The notes beneath the pieces were generated by a model. It searched no databases. It saw nothing but the letters and a program-made list of their open reading frames with translations, and was not told the origin of the DNA. DNA of 24,000 nucleotides, from assembly GCA_034189865.1 (NCBI GenBank), contig JAXHTV010000003.1, positions 109,318-133,317 on the forward strand. The letters are read 5' to 3'. Shown piece after piece: positions 8,947 through 15,276 of the stretch. Each line of letters begins with the position of its first letter. The stretch's first letter is position 1. Source of the DNA: Pseudomonadota bacterium. Its GTDB lineage: Bacteria > Pseudomonadota > Gammaproteobacteria > UBA5335. Both the position numbers and the translations under genes were made by a program.

Positions 8947-9327
8947 TCAGCTTGTGCTGCGTTTGCGTTGCGCATGTTCTATCCAATCTCCGGATCGAAC
9001 AACCATATGCGGGTACACATGACGTTTCCGATAAAGATAGATCCATGCAACTCCGTAACCGGTGCCGATTCGCTCTCGGGTGTAGGTTCGCGGATAATCC
9101 TCTAGCTGATCGAGGCGCCGTAACAGCCGCCGACCAATCCCATAAACCTCTCCCGAAATCGCTGTTTTCCCTTGCCTGAAAACCCCGGGATACGCACCTA
9201 AATCCTCCATCCGAAAGGCCGCAATAGTGCGCCACGGCCCCAGCAATACGGCGCCGCTCATCAAGTCGTGGTTAGACCCCTGACTGCGTAGCGTGCCGTA
9301 AACAAACAGTCTCTCACATGAGGTCAT
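8947..9327 (-). CDS. Gamma-glutamylcyclotransferase-fold protein (GGACT/AIG2 family, YtfP-like)
   Basis: It has the family motif FVYGTLR near the N-terminus, plus YPG, GEVY and GDW. It is collinear by eye with E. coli YtfP. I place the start at ATG 9327, with GGAAG 5 nt upstream. The track start 9342 is a TTG. Confidence 0.8.
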   Translation of the reverse strand: MTSCERLFVYGTLRSQGSNHDLMSGAVLLGPWRTIAAFRMEDLGAYPGVFRQGKTAISGEVYGIGRRLLRRLDQLEDYPRTYTRERIGTGYGVAWIYLYRKRHVYPHMVVRSGDWIEHAQRKRSTS

Positions 9328-9537
9328 CAGCGCTTCCGGCAATACGCGGCGCAGCGAGGAGCACCGCCAACAACATCACAGTGCTTCATTCAGCCGACGG
9401 GCTGATCCTTACAACAGCATAAAATGACCAGTTGTCTCTTGGATGCGTTTGCGAATTGGAGGTGGCCGCGCACGGCGCACGAACAAAACATCCTAGTCCA
9501 CGAAGCTGCCCGCGCTTCCGCCAGTATGTAGAAACCA

Positions 9538-10413
9538 TCAATGCCAACTGCCCATGACATTCTTTACGGTTTCCACGAATGCTAGCGGCTGATCAAGAAA
9601 GAGGTGATGCCGAGCCTCAGGGATGGCGATAAACGGCACGTCTGAATGATAGAGCTTACGGGTATTCTCGAGCATATACTTGCCGAATAACATGCTCTTT
9701 TCGCCGTAAATCACGGCGGCCGGCACTTTCAAATCTTTGACCTCGTTGGCCATATTGTCGTAAATGGTTTTCTGCAAAAATCTAACGTCGAACTTCCAAC
9801 ACCACCCGTCCTCTATCTTCATGAGCGAGTGTTTGGCGATATAATCGAGAATATATTGATTCTTACAGGGTTGTGGCGGAACCAGCTTAAACCGACTTAA
9901 CGCTGTCTCGTAGTCCGCATAGATTTTTTTGGCTTTGAACGGGGAAGCGCGCAGATCGTTTCCGGGATTAAAGCCGGGTGGGAAAATGGCGGAATCACAT
10001 ACGAGAATTCCGTTTAACCTATCCGCATAACTCAGACCCGCTTTAAGCGTCGCGAGACCACCGAAACTATGGCCGACAACGGTGACATCGTTACCGAAAC
10101 CCACCGCGTCACAAACGCTGATCAGCTCTTCGGCAAATAAATCACCCGAGTATTGGGTCCGATGGCCGCTGTCGCCCATACCGCTGAGATCGATGGCTGC
10201 GACGGAGTATTCATCAACGAAGAATGGTGCGATAAAGTCCCACCAGTGCGCATGGGCACCGCCACCGTGGACAAAAAGCATGCCGGGTTTTCCCGAATCG
10301 CCCCAAGCAAGATAGTGAATCGGGCATCCTTGAACATCGATGGTGTTTTCGCGATACGGAACCGCCAGTGCTTCTTTGAACCAATCTGGCGCTTCAGTGA
10401 CAAGCTCTTCCAT
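9538..10413 (-). CDS. Alpha/beta-fold hydrolase (substrate unknown)
   Basis: Oxyanion-region HGGG motif (LFVHGGGAH), nucleophile elbow GHSFGG, and a C-terminal catalytic His context (ARHHLFLDQP). Length 291 aa. Confidence 0.85.
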   Translation of the reverse strand: MEELVTEAPDWFKEALAVPYRENTIDVQGCPIHYLAWGDSGKPGMLFVHGGGAHAHWWDFIAPFFVDEYSVAAIDLSGMGDSGHRTQYSGDLFAEELISVCDAVGFGNDVTVVGHSFGGLATLKAGLSYADRLNGILVCDSAIFPPGFNPGNDLRASPFKAKKIYADYETALSRFKLVPPQPCKNQYILDYIAKHSLMKIEDGWCWKFDVRFLQKTIYDNMANEVKDLKVPAAVIYGEKSMLFGKYMLENTRKLYHSDVPFIAIPEARHHLFLDQPLAFVETVKNVMGSWH

Positions 10414-10697
10414 TCGCTTACCCTATTTTCTCTCGCTGCAACAAGCCATATCTGATTTAGTCACACGCTTGTGCACAGGATCGTTAAAAAAATTGTCGGC
10501 GATTATACCCGAATCGTGAAATGATGCTGCAGCGACCACCGCCAAAGATCGTGGCAGGTGAGAATAGAAACGACACCATACCGCCATATGTCATTGCATA
10601 ATCTCACCGAATTTATATACTCATTCTATTATTAAACGAAATGCGTGTTTTGGTTTGGGGCCAACGCATAATAAATATTCTACGGGGGCTTTCATCA

Positions 10698-11444
10698 ATG
10701 TATGATGATCGGCTGAGCCGTACGGTTGGGGAAACGGTCGAGGCCGACAGCGTAGAAGACATTCACCGAATCTGTTCTCGGCTGTGTGAGCTTTACGACT
10801 TCGATCACTTCATTTACGCGGCAAGATTCCCGGACTCGCTCGTAAATCCATTCCGCATCGTCATCAGCGGATATCCCAACGACTGGCTGACCTGCTATAA
10901 CGAAAACCACTATCTGCGAATTGACCCCACGGTCGCGCATAGTGCCCGTGCGATTCGACCGTTACTTTGGGAAGAACTCAACGCGGTCGAAAAAAGCAAT
11001 CCGGAAATACATCATTTTATGAACGAGGCGCGAAACTTCGGTCTTTGCAGCGGCCTAACCGTGCCTCTTCACGGCGCACACGGCGAGGCGGCGTTACTTA
11101 GTCTAACGAGTTCCAGCGACCCTAAGCGACATCGCGAACAAATCAATCTGGCCACGCCTGAAGTAGTTTTACTTTCCACATACATCCACGAGGCTGCGTG
11201 CCGGATCGTCAAACACAGCATGATCGACTCGGAAAAAATAGAGCTTTCGTGCCGAGAACGGGACTGTTTGTTGTGGTCGGCTGAAGGAAAAACCTCTTGG
11301 GAAATCTCACAGATACTCGGCATTTCTGAGCGCACAGTGATATACCATTTACAACGCGTCGTGGAAAAACTGGGCGTAACCAGCCGCCAACAAGCCATCG
11401 CGAGAGCGATATCACAAGGCTTGATCACGCCACAGATCGACTAA
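10698..11444 (+). CDS. luxR: LuxR-family acyl-homoserine-lactone (AHL)-responsive transcriptional regulator
   Basis: The autoinducer-binding domain keeps the invariant residue spacing W-x3-Y-x8-DP (NDWLTCYNENHYLRIDP), with a later W (LLWEE) and G. The C-terminal LuxR HTH is present (LSCRERDCLLWSAEGKTSWEISQILGISERTVIYHL). I place the start at ATG 10698, with GGGGG 9 nt upstream, rather than 10641. Confidence 0.9.
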   Translation: MYDDRLSRTVGETVEADSVEDIHRICSRLCELYDFDHFIYAARFPDSLVNPFRIVISGYPNDWLTCYNENHYLRIDPTVAHSARAIRPLLWEELNAVEKSNPEIHHFMNEARNFGLCSGLTVPLHGAHGEAALLSLTSSSDPKRHREQINLATPEVVLLSTYIHEAACRIVKHSMIDSEKIELSCRERDCLLWSAEGKTSWEISQILGISERTVIYHLQRVVEKLGVTSRQQAIARAISQGLITPQID

Positions 11445-11464
11445 CCGCCACGAGCGAGAAATCA

Positions 11465-11480
11465 GGCTATCGCGATAGCC
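11465..11480. repeat. Perfect 16-bp palindrome GGCTATCGCGATAGCC in the luxR-luxI intergenic region
   Basis: The sequence is its own reverse complement. It lies 21 nt after the luxR stop and 55 nt upstream of the lux box. No U-tract follows on either strand, so it is not an obvious terminator. Confidence 0.3.
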
Positions 11481-11535
11481 GCCTCATACGGCGATTTCCT
11501 CCGGTTCTCGAATCCTCGAATTGTTAGTTATTCTT

Positions 11536-11555
11536 ACCTGTAAGATGTTACAGGT
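11536..11555. promoter_or_regulatory. lux box (LuxR-type operator) upstream of luxI
   Basis: ACCTGTAAGATGTTACAGGT is a 20-bp dyad with perfect 8-bp arms, ACCTGTAA and TTACAGGT. It matches 17 of 20 positions of the Vibrio fischeri lux box ACCTGTAGGATCGTACAGGT. It ends 68 nt upstream of the luxI ATG. Confidence 0.75.
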
Positions 11556-11623
11556 TACACGTAAAGCAAATATCCGTTTACTGGTTCCGCACTTCTCTTT
11601 CGGTATAAGGAGATTTTGGAGCC

Positions 11624-12250
11624 ATGGTCGACATCCTCGTAGGACGCCCTTCTGAACACACGTTTGACGCACCCACTTTATCCTCTCTCTATCGCTTCCG
11701 GCATCACATTTTTCACGACAAACTCGGCTGGGATGTAAGTAGTTATGAGGGTGAGGAGCGTGATGACTATGACACGATAGACCCCGTATATATCGTGTCA
11801 CAAGACGAAGAAAATCATGTCGATGGCTGTGGTCGGCTGTTACCCACGCAGGGGCCCTATATGCTGAAAGACGTGTTTCCTCAGCTGCTTCGTGGCGAGC
11901 AAGCACCCAGTGCACCTGATGTCTGGGAGCTTAGTCGCTGCGCCGTACAAACCCCCGACCGCGACGCTCGTCTGCAAGCGAGCTTTTCCTACCGCAGTTT
12001 CGAGATCATGCACGAAGCTTACAAATTCGCCATCAAAAATGGTGTTCGCGAATATGTCATGGTCACCAGCGTAGCAATCGAACGAATGATGAAAGCCGGT
12101 GGACTCAAACTCCAACGTTTTGGGGACGGAAAAGCTCAACACGTAGGTAAGGTTCTTACCGTCGCATGCCGGATCCCGGTTAATTCGGAATCCCATGCCG
12201 CCATCCTAAACGCTATGGAAACTCATGTTCCTGGAAGGAGGGCCGCATGA
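11624..12250 (+). CDS. luxI: LuxI-family acyl-homoserine-lactone synthase
   Basis: AAGGAG lies 9 nt upstream of ATG 11624. The conserved N-terminal LuxI block is present (LYRFRHHIFHDKLGWDV...GEERDDYD), followed by GCGRLLPT, VWELSRCAV and VTSVAIERMMK. Length 208 aa. Confidence 0.92.
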   Translation: MVDILVGRPSEHTFDAPTLSSLYRFRHHIFHDKLGWDVSSYEGEERDDYDTIDPVYIVSQDEENHVDGCGRLLPTQGPYMLKDVFPQLLRGEQAPSAPDVWELSRCAVQTPDRDARLQASFSYRSFEIMHEAYKFAIKNGVREYVMVTSVAIERMMKAGGLKLQRFGDGKAQHVGKVLTVACRIPVNSESHAAILNAMETHVPGRRAA

Positions 12251-12642
12251 AGATCTTGGTGGTGCAGTCGTCTCCAGACGACTTCCAACTACCGGATGGT
12301 ATCGATCAAGCTCAACATCAGTACGTGGTCGTATATCGCCAGAATGACGAAACTGATGCATTCATAAGCTTCGCAGCGAAAGACTTTGATTGGGTTTTAG
12401 TGCCTGGCGAGATATTTCAGAAACAAAACCATGCAGCTCACGGTGGTTCAATTAACGCTTCGCCCACCGATCCACGGAACGAGAATGATCGCGCTCGCGG
12501 ATCTGTTCGGATCAAACGATGGAAGCACAAAAATGGTGACTCGTATGAACTCCAGCCTAGGAAGTTGGGCAACGGGGTGACTGAATGGGTCTTCGAGTAT
12601 CATGCGCCGTGCAAGAAAGGAAACGTAGAAGCAGACAATTGA
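12247..12642 (+). CDS. Hypothetical protein, 131 aa, translationally coupled to luxI
   Basis: Its ATG overlaps the luxI TGA (ATGA at 12247-12250). It is the only long sense ORF in this interval, and a structured U-tract element follows. I recognise no family. It has no signal peptide or TM segment. The N-terminal MKILVVQSS... is followed by a basic C-terminal half (RIKRWKHKNGDSYELQPRKLGNG). Confidence 0.55.
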   Translation: MKILVVQSSPDDFQLPDGIDQAQHQYVVVYRQNDETDAFISFAAKDFDWVLVPGEIFQKQNHAAHGGSINASPTDPRNENDRARGSVRIKRWKHKNGDSYELQPRKLGNGVTEWVFEYHAPCKKGNVEADN

Positions 12643-12650
12643 TATCCCGC

Positions 12651-12747
12651 AAAACCGGACGCCTCGCGCTTCGCTTAAGATATCTGACGCTGCGCGTTTA
12701 TCGGCGCTCAGTACCGCATTCAGAAGCCGAAGGCGTCCGTCTTTTTT
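12651..12747 (+). terminator. Long interrupted hairpin with U-tract, probably the terminator of the luxI operon (atypically large)
   Basis: 12656-12672 pairs with 12723-12739: 16 bp with two single-nucleotide bulges and a basal 8-bp GC-rich stem CGGACGCC/GGCGTCCG. The hairpin encloses about 50 nt, is followed by TCTTTTTT, and is preceded by AAAA. Confidence 0.4.
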
Positions 12748-12965
12748 GATATATATCAAGCAAATACCAGAGTTATCTAAAAGCCACTCCAGCTATGATC
12801 AATACTGCCGATACAGCGGTAGAAGAAGGATGGTTGGAAAACGCACGAAAAGTGCGAAAACCCGCAACGAAAATCGGTACTCGCTAGTGAATGGCGCGCA
12901 TTGGATTCTCTGTTTGGGTATTCCAACGATGTTGCTTAAAAACAACGATCATCATTGGAAGCATC

Positions 12966-14366
12966 ATGTTCATGCTTGCTGGGAATAGAAAGAATTCAAA
13001 GCAAGGGGCGGGAAAATCTAAATCGCGTTCGCAAAATACCTGTCACCAGGACCACAAGGGCAAATTACCCCTATCGACGCGAGCAAGTTATCCGGGGGGT
13101 AACACGCCGCCCCACCCTCGAAGTCACTTTGTTGCCGCCTTGGAGAAGGCCGTCAAAGCCGCGCATCGCTCTGATCGAGTTTACCTAATATATCTCGACA
13201 TCGATCGTTTTGAAGCGTTTAACAATGGATTCGGGCATGCCGCAGGCGATGCAATCTTAGACGCCATTCGAAACCGCCTCTACCATCATCTCGATAAGTA
13301 CGACGAATTGTGCGAACTCGGTGGGGATAAGTACGCCGTGATTTGTCTCACAAAGCGGGGGGAGAAACGCGTCGAATCACTTGTCTCACGTTTCACCGAA
13401 TGCGTTTCAGATTCGATCTTGGTTCGTGGGAAGCAGGTCTGCCTGACCGCAAGTGCGGGTATTGTCGAAGTCAAAAGCGATGAAAAATCCCCATTTGAGT
13501 GGCTTCAGCGCGCCGAGTTGGCGCTTTACCGCGCAAAATCATCAGGTGGCAATCGATTCTGCATCTACTCGCCGGTAATGGACTATCGCTGTACCAAACA
13601 ACTCAGCTTTGAATCCGACCTCAAGAACGCCCTTGCTCGTGACGAGTTTCAGCTACTCTACCAGCCACAGGTTCACATACCGAGTGGCGAAATCGTGGGT
13701 GCGGAGGCGTTGTTAAGATGGAACCATCCGAAATACGGGGCCATCGGTCCCGGAAAATTCGTCGGGATTTTGGAATCGACACGATTAATCGTCTCGGTTG
13801 GCGACTGGGTACTGATCAACGCATGCCACCAAGCGAAATGTTGGGAACAAGAAGGCCTCGGAAAACTTCGCGTGGCGATCAACGTCTCGCCCTATCAACT
13901 CGAGGATCCCAATTTCGTAATACGGGTTCAATCTGCGCTTAACGATGCCAACTTAAGTCCTGATCGTCTAGATATCGAAATCACCGAAGGCGTGATGGTC
14001 CTGTCGGACCCCACCAAGATAGAAACGATTCACCGCCTAAAAGCCCTTGGAACCCGGATTACTGTTGATGATTTCGGAGTCGGCTATTCCTCACTCGCCT
14101 ATCTCAGGCAACTCCCTGCAGACGCGTTGAAGCTGGACCGCTCATTCATGAGACGAATTCCGGAAGATCCGATCGACACCACCATTGCTCGGACCATCAT
14201 TCAACTGGCGGAGGATCTGGATTTATCCGTGGTGGCGGAAGCGGTTGAGCGTCCGGAGCAGCTGGGCTTTTTACAAAACTGGCCCGAGGTTCTAGTACAA
14301 GGATTTTATTACTTCAGACCCATGGTGGGCGACCAGCTGGCGGGAAAACGTGTGCCGGCTCGCTAA
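12966..14366 (+). CDS. Degenerate-GGDEF / EAL domain protein (probable c-di-GMP phosphodiesterase), no recognisable sensor domain
   Basis: The GGDEF-like domain has GGDKY in place of GGDEF (13320-13334) and DKYD in place of the RxxD I-site. The EAL domain keeps its signature residues: EALLRW at 13704, plus NVS, EITE, DDFGVGYSSL, KLDRSF, AEAVE and QGF. The start is uncertain: ATG 12966 or 12972 lie behind GGAAG, while the track ATG 12891 has no SD. The N-terminal ~60 aa is basic and low-complexity. Confidence 0.85.
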   Translation: MFMLAGNRKNSKQGAGKSKSRSQNTCHQDHKGKLPLSTRASYPGGNTPPHPRSHFVAALEKAVKAAHRSDRVYLIYLDIDRFEAFNNGFGHAAGDAILDAIRNRLYHHLDKYDELCELGGDKYAVICLTKRGEKRVESLVSRFTECVSDSILVRGKQVCLTASAGIVEVKSDEKSPFEWLQRAELALYRAKSSGGNRFCIYSPVMDYRCTKQLSFESDLKNALARDEFQLLYQPQVHIPSGEIVGAEALLRWNHPKYGAIGPGKFVGILESTRLIVSVGDWVLINACHQAKCWEQEGLGKLRVAINVSPYQLEDPNFVIRVQSALNDANLSPDRLDIEITEGVMVLSDPTKIETIHRLKALGTRITVDDFGVGYSSLAYLRQLPADALKLDRSFMRRIPEDPIDTTIARTIIQLAEDLDLSVVAEAVERPEQLGFLQNWPEVLVQGFYYFRPMVGDQLAGKRVPAR

Positions 14367-14459
14367 GACCCAATACGGATCGTTTGGCGGAATTTCAGAA
14401 GAAAACGAAATCTGATCTCGAATCCGAGGAATCGCTCACAGATTCAAACGGAAATTGAT

Positions 14460-14536
14460 TGGTCGGGGCGGCAGGATTCGAACCTGCGACCCCCAGCACC
14501 CCATGCTGGTGCGCTACCAAGCTGCGCTACGCCCCG
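14460..14536 (-). tRNA. tRNA-Pro (anticodon GGG)
   Basis: The reverse complement folds as a 77-nt cloverleaf: CGGGGCG TA GCGC AGCTTGGTA GCGC A CCAGC ATGGGGT GCTGG GGGTC GCAGG TTCGAAT CCTGC CGCCCCG A CCA. The anticodon loop is A-U-GGG-G-U and the CCA is encoded. Confidence 0.93.
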
Positions 14537-14633
14537 AATGGAAACGACCAATACAATTATATCTCGCGGAAATCAGAGACGCCGGATGATAGCGAATATA
14601 CGTCCGGGTTGGAAGCGTGATTTAAATTAACGA

Positions 14634-14990
14634 TTATCGCTTCAGCAAGTTTAAGATCTCTTCGAGTTCTACACGGACTTGATGGACCACCTGTTGACTC
14701 TGGGTCACATCTTTTTTGGCATCGCCACTAGTCAACTGCTGGCGAGCGCCGGTAATGGTGAAACCCTGTTCGTACAACAAACTTCGAATTTGACGGATCA
14801 TCAATACGTCGTTGCGCTGATAGTACCGACGATTACCTCGGCGCTTTACTGGACGCAGCTCAGGAAATTCCTGCTCCCAGTAACGCAACACGTGCGGTTT
14901 TACGCCACAGAGCTCGCTCACTTCACCAATAGTAAAGTAGCGTTTACTCGGAATCGGCGGTAATTCGCTATTGTTTCCCGGTTCCAGCAT
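14634..14990 (-). CDS. MerR-family transcriptional regulator
   Basis: N-terminal MerR HTH ([25 protein letters not shown]...RRGNRRYY). It follows ihfA, and its ATG overlaps the ihfA 3' end by 23 nt. The ihfA-merR-tRNAPro order is as in Pseudomonas. Confidence 0.85.
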   Translation of the reverse strand: MLEPGNNSELPPIPSKRYFTIGEVSELCGVKPHVLRYWEQEFPELRPVKRRGNRRYYQRNDVLMIRQIRSLLYEQGFTITGARQQLTSGDAKKDVTQSQQVVHQVRVELEEILNLLKR

Positions 14991-15270
14991 AACCTTGCAC
15001 CCGGCTCTTTAGATTTTGTCCTGGGCGAAAGGTCACGACTCGGCGAGCAGAGATCGGGATCTCTTCGCCCGTCTTGGGATTACGACCCGGACGTTCGCTT
15101 TTATCCCTTAAATCGAAATTACCAAAACCGGACAGTTTAACCTGCTCGCCGCTCTCAAGAGCCAAGCGAACTTGTTCAAAGAATAGGTCCACCAACTCTT
15201 TGGCTTCTCGCTTGTTAAGACCCAACTCGACAAATAGCCGGTCAGCCATGTCAGCCTTCGTCAAAGCCAT
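14968..15270 (-). CDS. ihfA: Integration host factor subunit alpha
   Basis: 100 aa. [13 protein letters not shown]...[43 protein letters not shown] is the canonical IHF-alpha/HU fold sequence. Confidence 0.95.
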   Translation of the reverse strand: MALTKADMADRLFVELGLNKREAKELVDLFFEQVRLALESGEQVKLSGFGNFDLRDKSERPGRNPKTGEEIPISARRVVTFRPGQNLKSRVQGYAGTGKQ

Positions 15271-15276
15271 TTGTTA

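Noticed and set aside
10470-10477. TGTGCACA palindrome (within CTTGTGCACAGG) in the hydrolase-luxR divergent region, considered as a second lux box
   Set aside because: It is only 8 bp of symmetry. It does not extend to the 20-bp ACCTGT...ACAGGT dyad or the CTG-N10-CAG spacing of lux-type boxes.
11484-11915. 143-aa minus-strand ORF spanning the lux box and luxI 5' end, considered as an rsaL-like antisense repressor gene
   Set aside because: It overlaps about 290 nt of well-supported luxI coding sequence. It has no SD and no HTH-like sequence, and its composition is Arg/His-rich. It is most likely spurious.
12448-12759. 103-aa minus-strand ORF antisense to the end of ORF131 and the hairpin element, and the 80-aa + ORF at 12746
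   Set aside because: Both start inside the TTGATATATATCAA palindrome, which is why both begin MIYIK. They run through structured non-coding sequence and have no SD or recognisable features.
14556-14561. Perfect TATAAT (minus strand) 19 nt upstream of the mature tRNA-Pro 5' end, as a promoter -10
   Set aside because: It is plausible, but no acceptable -35 hexamer lies at 16-18 nt spacing. A lone hexamer is insufficient support for a feature call.
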